This document shows positions 1 to 10,652 of a DNA stretch of 64,000 nt, piece by piece (positions within the stretch are counted from its first letter, which is position 1; every line of letters begins with the position of its first letter). The notes beneath the pieces were generated by a model. It was given only the letters and a program-made list of their open reading frames with translations, made no database searches and was not told the origin of the DNA. Source of the DNA: an uncultured Alphaproteobacteria bacterium (lineage in GTDB: Bacteria; Pseudomonadota; Alphaproteobacteria; Rhizobiales; Beijerinckiaceae); the NCBI GenBank assembly GCA_963828985.1, contig CAWHGT010000002.1, positions 264,679 through 328,678 on the forward strand. The letters run 5' to 3'. The translations under genes were made by a program, and so were the position numbers.

Positions 1-2
1 CC

Positions 3-581
3 CGACCGGCCTACGGTTTCACGCGGTCGAAGCGCGAGGGCGACGACACCGAGGCGGTCAACAAGCTTTTCGCGCCGGAATTCCGCAACCGGCTCGATGC
101 CATCATTTCGTTCGGCCATCTGCCGACCGAAGTGGTGCAGAAGGTGGTCGACAAGTTCATCATGCAGCTCGAATTGCAGCTGGCCGATCGCAACGTTTCC
201 ATCGAACTGGCCGAGGAGGCGCGCGAGTGGCTGGTCGAGCACGGCTATGACGAGGCCATGGGCGCCCGCCCGATGGCGCGTCTGATCCAGATGAGCATCA
301 AGACCCAGCTTGCCGAGGACGTCCTGTTCGGGCGTCTCAAAAACGGCGGCGCGGTCCGGGTGATGGTCAAGACCGACGATATCGGCCTCAAGACGCTCGG
401 GTTCGAATATCCGGAAGGTCCTGCGCGCCCGAAGCCCGAGAAAGTCGCGGCCAAGCGCAAGTCGCGGGCGAAATCGGCCGGGTCGCCGAGGCCAAAAAAA
501 GTCGTGAAGCCGAAGGGTCCCGGTGGTAATAGCGGCGGAGGCATCCGCACTGTACCGAAGGTTCCGCTGGTTAAGGCATGA
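3..581 (+). CDS. clpA: ATP-dependent Clp protease ATP-binding subunit ClpA, C-terminal part (5' end outside window)
   Basis: Frame from nt 3 reads ...AVNKLFAPEFRNRLDA...GYDEAMGARPMARLIQ...LFGRLKNGGAV, the ClpA D2-small domain. Confidence 0.93.
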   Translation, partial: RPAYGFTRSKREGDDTEAVNKLFAPEFRNRLDAIISFGHLPTEVVQKVVDKFIMQLELQLADRNVSIELAEEAREWLVEHGYDEAMGARPMARLIQMSIKTQLAEDVLFGRLKNGGAVRVMVKTDDIGLKTLGFEYPEGPARPKPEKVAAKRKSRAKSAGSPRPKKVVKPKGPGGNSGGGIRTVPKVPLVKA

Positions 582-826
582 CGACTGAATTGCACGAAGG
601 TCCTCTCGAGGCTGCTCCCGACATCATTCCGGCGAAGGTGTCCTGGCGCGAAAAGCGCCGGAACCGCCGCCGCCGGCGTGTGTGGTTTGAGGAGATCCTC
701 GGATGGATACTGGTCCCGGTGATCCTCGTCAGCTGCTACTGGATTGTCACTGCCGGACTTAACGCGGTCGGGACTTCGCCTTCCGCGATCATCGACGGCA
801 TCACCAGCATCGCGTCGAACCTCTGA
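578..826 (+). CDS. Small membrane protein of unknown function (82 aa)
   Basis: ATGA overlap with the clpA stop; Arg-rich stretch followed by one TM segment; typical codon usage. Confidence 0.75.
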   Translation: MTTELHEGPLEAAPDIIPAKVSWREKRRNRRRRRVWFEEILGWILVPVILVSCYWIVTAGLNAVGTSPSAIIDGITSIASNL

Positions 827-831
827 GGGAG

Positions 832-2013
<1,182 letters not shown>

Positions 2014-2097
2014 GTGAAAGCGGAATCTCGCCGTTGCCCCCTATAGTTAGGGTGACAGGGAGGCGCTGGCAATGCGGCCGAAGCGTGGCAAAGCCGC

Positions 2098-2226
2098 GCT
2101 TCCCTGCGCTCGCGGGGAGGTCAGGTGGGGCGGTCAGGGAGGGCGTGCGAGTTTCGGTGCGCCATGCCAAACATTCAGTCGCGTTCGACCCCCACCTCCA
2201 ACTCCTCCCCACAAGGGGGAGGAGAG
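2098..2226. repeat. REP-like palindromic element, family A (CCCCCACC...CCTCCCC-NCAA-GGGGGAGG), inverted pair
   Basis: 2188-2226 is the reverse complement of 63339-63377 with 2 mismatches in 39 nt; degenerate inverted partner at about 2098-2130. Confidence 0.85.
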
Positions 2227-2243
2227 TGCGTGGAGGCTCGAAC

Positions 2244-2998
2244 CTATGGCATGAAGCCTTCGAACACCATCTGGTCGGCATGCTTCTCGGCCCGCGCGCG
2301 CTCATCTGGATTGCGCACCGTCCAGGCCATGACCGGAAGGTTGCCGAGCACCTTCGACAGGAACGGCCCGGCGCAGGGCAGGTCATGCACCTTCCACGAA
2401 ATGAAGTCCGGCTGCGACTCGTTGAAATGCAGCAGGTTCGCCAGGCGGTACTTGAGATCGGCGCTGAGAATGCTGTCGGTCTTCGACGCATAATGCAATT
2501 CGCCGATGATGCCCCGCGTCACCTGCGGCGCGAGCGTCCGCAACGGCCTCGACAATCACGGGATCGAACGATTTGACCACGAACGGACCGTGATAATCCG
2601 CGAGGATTTCGCAGACTCTCTTGGTCAGCCGCAGGTCGCCGTCGAACTTGCTCTTGATCTCGATGACGAGCGGAACGCGCTTGGCGATCTGGCTGAGGAA
2701 ACCCTGCAGCGACGGGATCTTGTCGCCCTTTGTTGAGCCGCTGATTGCGATGCTCGGTGAGGTCCGCGAGCTTACGTTCGACGATCAGACCTTGCCCACC
2801 CGTCAGCCGTGCAAGGTCGAAATCGTGGAACACCACGGCTTCGCCATCAGCCGTGAGCTGAACGTCGCACTCGATGGGAAAGCCATGCTCGATGGCAGCC
2901 TCCGCGGCCGCCATCGTATTCTCGATGATACCCAGCGCCTTGTTGTGGAGGCCGCGATGGGCGATCGGTTTGGCGACAAGCCAGCTGGGCGTGCTCAT
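2244..2998 (-). CDS. Glycerophosphodiester phosphodiesterase (apparent frameshifts near 2755 and 2545)
   Basis: IAHRGLH...ENT...IECDVQLTADGEAVVFHD, then IEIKSKF and VKSFDP in the next frame, then AWTVR...DQMVFEGF in the third. Confidence 0.88.
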
Positions 2999-3465
2999 TG
3001 AACTTCAAACATCCCTTCGACCTCGATGCAGACACCGAGCGGCAATTCGGCGACGCCGACGGTGGAGCGGGCGTGGCGGCCCTTGTCGCCGAAGACCTCG
3101 ACCATCAGGTCGGATGCGCCGTTCATGACGGGGGCGAGGCCGATGAAGCCGGGTCCGGCATTGACGAAGCCGCCGAGGCGGACGCAGCGAACGACCTTGT
3201 CGAGATCCCCGACAGCGGCCCGCAATTGCGCCAGGAGGTTGATGCCGCAGAGGCGTGCCGCCGCGGTGCCCGATTCCGGCGATACGCCGGCGCCCAGCTT
3301 GCCTTTGTGAGCCTCGTCGAGCTTGCCGTCAGCGCCGAGGCAGAGCTGGCCCGAGACGACGATGAGATTGCCGGTCCGCACGAACGGCACGTAATTGGCG
3401 ACGGGCACTGCCGGTGTCGGCAGCGTAATGCCCAGTTCCTGGAGTTTCTTCTCGACGGCGCTCAT
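2995..3465 (-). CDS. RidA/YjgF family protein
   Basis: PVANYVPFVRTGN, VSGQL, NGASDLMVEVFGDKGRHARSTVGVAELP. Confidence 0.93.
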   Translation of the reverse strand: MSAVEKKLQELGITLPTPAVPVANYVPFVRTGNLIVVSGQLCLGADGKLDEAHKGKLGAGVSPESGTAAARLCGINLLAQLRAAVGDLDKVVRCVRLGGFVNAGPGFIGLAPVMNGASDLMVEVFGDKGRHARSTVGVAELPLGVCIEVEGMFEVQ

Positions 3466-3608
3466 GTGAAGCCTCGGCCTTTTGTTGATCCGGCAACCTT
3501 GTGGCGGATGCGCCAAGGGGACGCAAGGGGGCGCGGGTCGCGGGTGAGCTGCAACGTTGCAGGCGGGGGCAGACGCTTCTATCCTGTCGAACAGAAAATG
3601 GAGAATGC

Positions 3609-4442
3609 ATGCGCTCTCTCGTCATCGTGTCGGCCCTTTCCCTCGCGGCGCTCTCGCCAGCCGTGGCCCAGCCCGCAACGCCAAGCATCCAATTGGCGCC
3701 CCACCGGGCGATCTACGATCTCTCGCTGCTGCGCTCGCAAGGATCGCGGGGGCTCGACTCGGCGCGAGGCCGCATCGCGATGGATTTCGGCGGTGACGCC
3801 TGCGACGGATATACGTTGAACTACCGTCAGGTCACGGTCCTCAACAGCAATGAATCGGGCGCCCGAACGGTCGACACGCAGACGGCAACTTTCGAGACCG
3901 GCGATGGCCTGTCGATGCGCTTCAAGAGCACCTCGACCAACGGGTCGGCGGGCGCGAACGGCGTCGACGGGGATGCGCGGCTGAAGCCCGACGGCACCCT
4001 CGATGTGCATTTCAAACAGCCGCGCAGCGCGGGCTTTTCGGTAGCGGGGCAGCCGGTCTTTCCCACCGAACATCTCAAGCGCATCATCGAGGCCGGTCGG
4101 CAAGGGCAGACGACCCTGGCCGTGAAGGTTTATGACGGCTCCGACGACGGCAAGAAAATCTACGACACGCTCGGCGTGATCGGCCGCAAGATCGAGGCGG
4201 GCGCCGGCAGCAATCTCGACGAGGCGAGCCGCCAGGAAAACCTGCAGAGGGTCGCGCGCTGGCCCGTGACCATCAGCTATTTCATCGAGGGATCGGCCGA
4301 TCGCGTTCCTGCCTACACGGTGTCGTTCGAGCTCTATGAGAACGGGATCAGCCGCGCGTTGCGGCTCGATTACGGCGATTTCGTCCTCAAGGGCGATCTC
4401 CAGACCCTGCAGATACAACCCGCAACCGCCTGTCAGCGCTGA
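3609..4442 (+). CDS. eipB: Cell envelope integrity protein EipB (DUF1849)
   Basis: Signal peptide, [13 protein letters not shown]-x-ACDGYT, FPTEH, YENGISR..LDYGDF, C-terminal Cys. Confidence 0.88.
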   Translation: MRSLVIVSALSLAALSPAVAQPATPSIQLAPHRAIYDLSLLRSQGSRGLDSARGRIAMDFGGDACDGYTLNYRQVTVLNSNESGARTVDTQTATFETGDGLSMRFKSTSTNGSAGANGVDGDARLKPDGTLDVHFKQPRSAGFSVAGQPVFPTEHLKRIIEAGRQGQTTLAVKVYDGSDDGKKIYDTLGVIGRKIEAGAGSNLDEASRQENLQRVARWPVTISYFIEGSADRVPAYTVSFELYENGISRALRLDYGDFVLKGDLQTLQIQPATACQR

Positions 4443-5707
4443 GGCTTTCGCAACGCGATGCCCTTCTGCAGGGCTCCGACGCCGAACCGGTCGCGGATCC
4501 GGTCGATGGCTGATTCCATGTGGGCCTGTTTGACCACGCTCTGATCCGCCAGATCGCCGCGGTCGGCTTCCGCCGCGTCGCAAAGGTCGACCGCGCCGAT
4601 TCCGATAAGCCGGAACGGCGTGCCATCGCAGGCGGCTTTCAGCAATTGCCGCGCCGGATCGAACAGCCGCATGGCCAATTGTGTCGGCGGCAGGTTCGAG
4701 CGCGAGCGGGTGAGAGTCCGGAATTCCGAATCCTTGAGTTTGAGCGTGATGCTCCGCCCCGCAAGATCCGCCGCTTTGAGGCGCCGCGAGACCTTTTCGG
4801 CGAGCCGCCACAGGATCGGCTCGAGATCGTCGAAAGCGCGCAGGTCGGTGTCGAAGGTGGTCTCGGCCGAGACGCTCTTGGTCTCGCGTTCAGGCGTCAC
4901 GCGTCGGTCGTCCTGCCCCCAGGCGAGTTTCGCCAGCCTCTGCGAGTCGCGGCCCAGCGCCTCATAGAGGGAGCGCAGCGTGCCGTCGCGCAGATGGCCG
5001 ATGCGCGTCATGCCCGCCTTCGCTAGCCGGGCCTGAGCGGCAGCGCCGATGCCGGGAATCATGGAAACCGGCTTGTCGGCGAGAAAGTCGGGCGCCTCCG
5101 CGCGTCCGATGATCGCAAAGCCTCGCGGCTTCTCGAAATCGGACGCGATCTTTGCCAGGAACTTGTTGTAGGACAGGCCCACCGAGACGGTGATGCCGAC
5201 CTGATCCTCCACGCGCCGGGCGAAGCGCGCGAGCGTCACCGCCGGACTGCCATGATGGAGGCGCTCGGTGCCGGAGAGATCGAGAAACGCTTCGTCGATG
5301 GAAACCGGCTCGACAAGGGGCGTCAGGTCCCGCATGAGCTGGCGCACTTCGCGCCCGGCGACGCGATACTTCTCCATGTCGGGCTTGACGACGACCGCAT
5401 GCGGACAGGCGTCGAGCGCCTTGAACATCGGCATGGCGGATCTGACGCCATAGGTACGCGCCACGTAGCAGCAGGTGGATACGACCCCGCGCTTGCCGCC
5501 GCCGATGATCACGGGCTTGTCGGCAAGCTCCGGATTGTCGCGCTTCTCCACGGCGGCGAAGAACGCGTCGCAATCCACGTGCGCGATGGCAAGCACGTCC
5601 CGCTCTGCGTGGCGAAGCAGGCGAGGGGAGCCACATAAGCTGCAGCGCGACGCCGCTTCGTCCTTGGCGAAGGTCAGGCAGTCCCGGCACAGGGGCGCGG
5701 CGCTCAC
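4433..5707 (-). CDS. dinB: DNA polymerase IV
   Basis: N-terminal CRDC/CSLC zinc knuckle, [30 protein letters not shown]; start codon approximate. Confidence 0.93.
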   Translation of the reverse strand: MSAAPLCRDCLTFAKDEAASRCSLCGSPRLLRHAERDVLAIAHVDCDAFFAAVEKRDNPELADKPVIIGGGKRGVVSTCCYVARTYGVRSAMPMFKALDACPHAVVVKPDMEKYRVAGREVRQLMRDLTPLVEPVSIDEAFLDLSGTERLHHGSPAVTLARFARRVEDQVGITVSVGLSYNKFLAKIASDFEKPRGFAIIGRAEAPDFLADKPVSMIPGIGAAAQARLAKAGMTRIGHLRDGTLRSLYEALGRDSQRLAKLAWGQDDRRVTPERETKSVSAETTFDTDLRAFDDLEPILWRLAEKVSRRLKAADLAGRSITLKLKDSEFRTLTRSRSNLPPTQLAMRLFDPARQLLKAACDGTPFRLIGIGAVDLCDAAEADRGDLADQSVVKQAHMESAIDRIRDRFGVGALQKGIALRKPQR

Positions 5708-5717
5708 GACGGGTGCT

Positions 5718-6015
5718 CTACTCGAACTCGGAGGGCGACAGCGCCAGATGGGCGGCCATGAGGCGTTCCGGCCGGACACCCAGTTCGGTTGCGAGCGCCA
5801 CGAGGAGTGGCTCGTCCGACACCACATATTCCAGGATGGCCGGCAAAGAACCGGGAGGATTCCGCCGCCTGGCGAATCGTCTCCGGCCTCAGGCCCGAGA
5901 TGCTCATGAAGCGGCTCATCCGCTCCTCGTCTCCTGTGATGGCCGAGAACGCCGCCACCGCGAGGGTTTCGGCCTCCTCGGTGCCGATTTTCTGAGGCGC
6001 GGCATAGTTTTTCAC
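5718..6015 (-). CDS. DUF3572 family protein (apparent frameshift near 5840)
   Basis: [31 protein letters not shown], continuing [12 protein letters not shown] in another frame; usual position between dinB and divK. Confidence 0.8.
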
Positions 6016-6172
6016 GGCGGGATTCTCATTTCGTCAATAAGTTGCAAATTAGGGTCATCATCGGATGAATATGCGGGCCGGTGAAGTCGGTAATTGGCCC
6101 CGTACTCGAGTTTCAACCCACGATCTTGCGGCGACAAATCCCTTCGCCTGATCATGCTCTAGGATCGCGGCA

Positions 6173-6550
6173 ATGAAAAAGACCGTGCTCATCGTCGAGG
6201 ACAATGAGCTCAACATGAAGCTCTTCAACGACCTCCTGGAAGCGCATGGCTACGCGACGCTCAAGACGGGGCACGGCATCGAGGCGATGGAGCTCGCGCG
6301 GGCCCACAAGCCTGACCTGATTCTCATGGACATCCAGCTACCCGAGGTCTCCGGGCTCGAAGTGACCCGGTGGCTCAAAGCCGACGACGAGCTCAAGTCG
6401 ATCCCCGTCATCGCCATCACGGCCTTCGCCATGAAGGGGGACGAGGAGCGCATTCGGGAGGGAGGCTGCGAGGCCTACCTGTCCAAGCCGATTTCAGTCG
6501 CGAAGTTTATCGCCACGGTGAAAACCTATCTTGAGGCGGACGCCCCCTGA
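6173..6550 (+). CDS. divK: Cell-cycle single-domain response regulator DivK
   Basis: [24 protein letters not shown]...[14 protein letters not shown]...[19 protein letters not shown]. Confidence 0.95.
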   Translation: MKKTVLIVEDNELNMKLFNDLLEAHGYATLKTGHGIEAMELARAHKPDLILMDIQLPEVSGLEVTRWLKADDELKSIPVIAITAFAMKGDEERIREGGCEAYLSKPISVAKFIATVKTYLEADAP

Positions 6551-6891
6551 ACGCGTAGGCGAAGGCCTCCCTTGCCTTTGCGCGCGCACCTGATAGCGTG
6601 CGTGTCACATATCGGGATATGAGGAATGTCGGGCTCTTGTTTTGTCCGATGTTTCCTTTATGTTCGTCTTATACGCCCCGAGTCTCGGGGCCCCTATGCC
6701 TTACGGATGCTCAGGTCCGCCGCATCTCCTGGGACTTCGTAGGCTCGGCCGGGCTGGGGATGTTTGTTGCCTCTACAACATCGTCTCCAGCCGGCCAACT
6801 CGTCACTTCCCATGCGAAGCGACTTTGCCGCCTCATCATATTCAAGCCAGCTTGGGCCATTACGGCGGAGGGTCCTCGGTAACCGGTCTCC

Positions 6892-7470
6892 ATGCTGGAG
6901 GATGATGTGTCTACTTCCCTACGGCTCACGTTCCGCACCCTGGCTTACAACAACGCCTGGGCAAATCACCGTCTTCTCAACGCCTGCGCGGGGCTCCCGC
7001 AAGCAGAGTTCGAAGCGACCCGCACGAGTTTTTTCCCTTCCCTCCAGGCGACCCTGAATCACAACCTCACCGTCGACCTCTTCTATGTCGACGGGCTGGA
7101 AGGCGGCACACTTGGACACCGGGTGTTCGATAACCCGCTTCCCTGTCCGACGATGGGCGAGCTTTTCGTCGCGCAGGCGGCCGTGGACCGGCGGTTGATC
7201 GCGTGGTGCGAGGCAATCGGGGAGGGCAGCCTCGACCGGATCGTTCACCTTCATCGGAGCACGGGGGTGCAGAGCGAGCGCGCGGATCGGCTGTTGCTGC
7301 ACCTTTTTCAGCACCAGATCCACCACCGCGGCCAGGCTCACGCCATGCTGAGCGGGACGAACATTTCGCCGCCACAGCTCGACGAGTTCTTCACAGAGGC
7401 CGATGCGCCGTTGCGAGCCCAAGAATTTGCCGAACTGGGCTGGACCGAAGAGATGATCTGGCAACCTTAA
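6892..7470 (+). CDS. DinB/YfiT family metal-dependent protein
   Basis: [38 protein letters not shown]; GTG at 6907 after GGAGGA may be the true start. Confidence 0.88.
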   Translation: MLEDDVSTSLRLTFRTLAYNNAWANHRLLNACAGLPQAEFEATRTSFFPSLQATLNHNLTVDLFYVDGLEGGTLGHRVFDNPLPCPTMGELFVAQAAVDRRLIAWCEAIGEGSLDRIVHLHRSTGVQSERADRLLLHLFQHQIHHRGQAHAMLSGTNISPPQLDEFFTEADAPLRAQEFAELGWTEEMIWQP

Positions 7471-7477
7471 GCCAACG

Positions 7478-7503
7478 AAAAAGCCGCCCGAAGCGGGCGG
7501 CTT
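7478..7503 (-). terminator. Rho-independent terminator after rpmG
   Basis: AAGCCGCCCG/CGGGCGGCTT stem with a T-run on the minus strand. Confidence 0.8.
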
Positions 7504-7527
7504 GAGCTTCGGCGAATAAAGGTTCGC

Positions 7528-7696
7528 TTACTTGATCTTGTATTCCTTGAACTCGACGTGCTTCTTGCGCGACCGGGTCGTATTTCTTCATCGACAGCTT
7601 GTCGGTCATGGTGCGGGAGTTCTTCTTGGTGACATAGAAATAGCCCGTGTCTGCGGTCGAGACGAGCTTGATCTTGATGGTGGCGGCTTTGGCCAT
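7528..7696 (-). CDS. rpmG: 50S ribosomal protein L33 (apparent +1 frameshift near 7568)
   Basis: [43 protein letters not shown] then [12 protein letters not shown]; span 169 nt = 56 codons + 1. Confidence 0.95.
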
Positions 7697-7831
7697 GGTC
7701 GGGACCTCTTGGTTGGTTTCGACGCTGCTCTCAGAGGCGAAACGCAAAGGCCGGGCGAACCCGGCCGAAAATCGTTGGCCACCCTGTGCCTGATTACGGC
7801 ACTTTCGTCAAGGGTTCTCGGCTCTTGTCCG

Positions 7832-9017
7832 CTAGCCCGCTACGCCGCAGATCGGCTCGGCCCGAAGCTTGGCGGTCCGTCGCGAGCAGACCAGCAAAAG
7901 CGCGGAAGCCGGAAAGAGCGCCGCCACCCAGCCGAGATCGCCGATGGAACCGAGTTGCAGGACGAGGCCGCCGATGAAGGAGCCTAGCGCCACGCCCAGA
8001 TAGAGCGCCGAGCCGTTGAGGGAGAGCGCCAAGGGGGCGCTCGCAGGTGCGATCGCCAGCATGCGGCTTGCCTGAGCGGGTGGAAACGACCACGACATGA
8101 TCACCCCAGGGCAGCAGCATGGCGAGAAATGACGGGCCGATCCAGGCAACCGGCAGATGCGTCAGCAGCGAGAACAGGGCCAGCATGCCGGTGTTGAGAA
8201 TGAGGGCCGCCGTCACGACGCGCTGGGCGCCCCAGCGGTCCGCGGCTTGGCCCCCGACGTAGTTCCCGATCGCCGCGCCTACGCCGTAGATCAAGAGAAT
8301 CGCCGGCAGCATGGCGGGGCTGAAACCCGCCGCCTGAATGGCCATGGGGGCGATATAGGTCAGCACGGCAAAACCGCCGGTCATGTAGAGCAACGTGGTC
8401 GCCAGCGCAGGCGCGATGCTCGGCTGAGCGAGGATCGTGAGGCGTGCTCTCAGCGGCAGTTTTTCGCCGCGCAGGCCTGACGGCACCATCACCCAGATCG
8501 CGCCGGCGGCGAGAAAGCCTGCGGCCGCAATGGCAACGTATGTGCCGCGCCACCCTGCTACGGAGGCGATGAAGGCGCCCAAGGGCGCGCCGAACGCAAC
8601 CGCCAGCGAAGTCCCTCCGACGATGACCGAGATGGCGCGGGCGCGATGGTCCTTGGGCGAAATCGCCACCGCGGTGGCTTGGGCGGTGGCCGCGTAGAGG
8701 CCTGCCGCGCAGGCGATCACCATCCGGGAAGCGAGCAGAACCGCGTAGCCATGGCTGAGGCTCGCCCCCAGCGCCCCGGCGGCGAAGACCAGCGCGCTTC
8801 CGGCCAGCACGATCCGGCGGTCGCGGGTCCCGGTGAGGGCGGTCAGGATCGGCGCTCCGATCGCGTAGGTGAGGGCGAACGCGACCACGAGATAGCCCGC
8901 CGCGACGAGCCCGACATCGGTGTCATGGGCGATCTGCGGTAGCAGCGATGAGATCACGAAGCCTTCGGCGCCGATGGCGAAAGTGCCGAGTGCGAGCCAG
9001 AAAAGTCGCTTGTTCAT
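7832..9017 (-). CDS. MFS transporter, DHA1-like (apparent frameshift near 8105)
   Basis: LALGTFAIGAEGFVISSLLPQIA, multiple TM segments; C-terminus LSLNGSALYLGVALG in a second frame. Confidence 0.88.
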
Positions 9018-9027
9018 GGAACGCGCC

Positions 9028-9098
9028 TTGTTCAAATTTCATTGAACAATTGAGCGGCCTTCGCAATCTGTCAAGCGAAAGTTCAATAGACGTTGAAC
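9028..9098. promoter_or_regulatory. Two inverted-repeat operators GTTCAA-N6-TTGAAC in the divergent MFS/ArsR promoter
   Basis: 9030-9047 GTTCAAatttcaTTGAAC and 9081-9098 GTTCAAtagacgTTGAAC. Confidence 0.75.
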
Positions 9099-9127
9099 CA
9101 GCGGGTAAAAATCGGTAGAGATGGGGG

Positions 9128-9448
9128 ATGACCACCCTGCCTCACCCGGAAACAGAACAGATCGCCTTCGCCGATGTGCTTGCGGCGTTGGGCGACGAGA
9201 CGCGTCTCGCCATCGTCGCGACCCTGGCGCAAGGCGATCAGAGCGAAATGACCTGCAGCCAGTTCCTTCATCTCGGCTCCAAGACGGGCCTGAGCTACCA
9301 TTTGGCGAAGCTGCGGGAAGCCGGACTCGTTTACGTGCGCCCGGAAGGAACGAAGCGCCTGATCAGCCTCAGGCGGTCCGACCTCGACGAGCGCTTCCCG
9401 GGTTTTCTCACATCCCTGATCGCCTGCCACGCGGCGGCGTCGCGCTAG
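9128..9448 (+). CDS. ArsR/SmtB family transcriptional regulator
   Basis: VLAALGDETRLAIV...SKTGLSYHLAKLREAGLV...DLDERFPG. Confidence 0.9.
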   Translation: MTTLPHPETEQIAFADVLAALGDETRLAIVATLAQGDQSEMTCSQFLHLGSKTGLSYHLAKLREAGLVYVRPEGTKRLISLRRSDLDERFPGFLTSLIACHAAASR

Positions 9449-9461
9449 AGCAGATCGGACT

Positions 9462-10190
9462 CTAGAGCAGGTCGCAGATCGAGCGGCCGCCACGGTGGTG
9501 ATAAAACGGCACCGGAAGTTCCGGCGCGAAACCGTTGGCGATGCGATCTTCCAGGTCGGTGAGAATGACGCGCGTGATGTGCGGAAGGTCGAGAGCGCGC
9601 GCCTGCGTGAATGTCACCCAGGCAAGTTCGACCAATTCCGATTGCGGTCCTACCGTCCCCTCATTGACGTGGCCGATGGCGCGCCGGTCGACGGCAAAGA
9701 AGCGCGTATCGAAGCGCCGTGTCCGCTTTGAGGGCGTGATTGCGCGGGCAACGAGCTGAAGCGCTTCGAGATCCGGCAGCACTCCAAATTCCCGGAACGC
9801 CTCCCAACCGGCATTCGGAATTTTTTCGGGCGGGCCATAGGCGCGGCTGCCGAACAGAATTCCCGTTTCCTCGTACATCTCCCGGATGGCCGCCAGCGCC
9901 AGCGCCCGGCCTTTTTGGGCTGACGGACGCGGCGTATGGGCCATCAGCGCGCGCTCGGCGCGCGGATGAAGCGCGCCGACGACCGACATCATGGCGTCGC
10001 CTTTTTCGATCCGTCCTCCGGGAAAAACAAATTGGCCGGGCATGAATTTCAAATCCGGGTGCCGCTTGCCCATCAGAAGCTTCGGTATCCGGTTCTTCCT
10101 GTCGATGACGATCAGAGTGGCGGCGTCCGACGGACGGATTCGCGGCTTTGATTGCGGCGGTACCGCCGCCTTAGCGAGGGGAAGCGTCAC
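9462..10190 (-). CDS. NUDIX hydrolase
   Basis: DAATLIVID, FMPGQFVFPGG, AAIREMYEETG, RRFDTRFF. Confidence 0.9.
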   Translation of the reverse strand: MTLPLAKAAVPPQSKPRIRPSDAATLIVIDRKNRIPKLLMGKRHPDLKFMPGQFVFPGGRIEKGDAMMSVVGALHPRAERALMAHTPRPSAQKGRALALAAIREMYEETGILFGSRAYGPPEKIPNAGWEAFREFGVLPDLEALQLVARAITPSKRTRRFDTRFFAVDRRAIGHVNEGTVGPQSELVELAWVTFTQARALDLPHITRVILTDLEDRIANGFAPELPVPFYHHRGGRSICDLL

Positions 10191-10639
10191 GGAATTCGAT
10201 CCATTGCGGCCGGTTCACCATCTGTCGCGAAGCCTTTCTCTGCGAGCGCTCTCGCGGGGCCGAATCCATGCATTCCGAGGGCGAATTGCAGACCGATGAT
10301 GGCGCCTTTGACCGGTTGGAGAAGCGCCAGGCACAGCGCCAGAGTCAACGCCGGCCAGACGGCGATCTGAACCGAAAGCGGCACCTCGAAGCGCGTCTCG
10401 GAGACGAGAACGCAATAGCCGATCACGTGCCCGACGATGAACATGACGATGTAGGGCGGCATGTCGTCGGCGCGATGATGGTGAAATTCCGTGCCGCAGC
10501 GCGCGCAGGCATGGTTGACCTTGAGGTAGCGACCGAAGAGGCGCCCTTCGCCGCAAGCCGGGCAGCGGCAGCGAAAACCACGCTTCATCGCCGTGTATCG
10601 GCTGACCGCCTCCGGCAGCCTCATGGCAAGTTCCGGCAT
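10187..10639 (-). CDS. DUF983 domain membrane protein
   Basis: RCPACGEGRLFGRYLKV...C..CG...HHRADD.P.Y, KGAIIGLQFALGMHGF. Confidence 0.88.
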   Translation of the reverse strand: MPELAMRLPEAVSRYTAMKRGFRCRCPACGEGRLFGRYLKVNHACARCGTEFHHHRADDMPPYIVMFIVGHVIGYCVLVSETRFEVPLSVQIAVWPALTLALCLALLQPVKGAIIGLQFALGMHGFGPARALAEKGFATDGEPAAMDRIP

Positions 10640-10652
10640 CGTTTTGATCCTG

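Noticed and set aside
6030-6056. CtrA site in the divK/DUF3572 promoter (TAAG-N7-TTAG)
   Set aside because: Too many mismatches to TTAA-N7-TTAA to support from sequence alone
7528-7696. Programmed frameshift or pseudogene in rpmG (likewise guaA, alr)
   Set aside because: No slippery sequence seen; indels are scattered window-wide, which fits sequencing error
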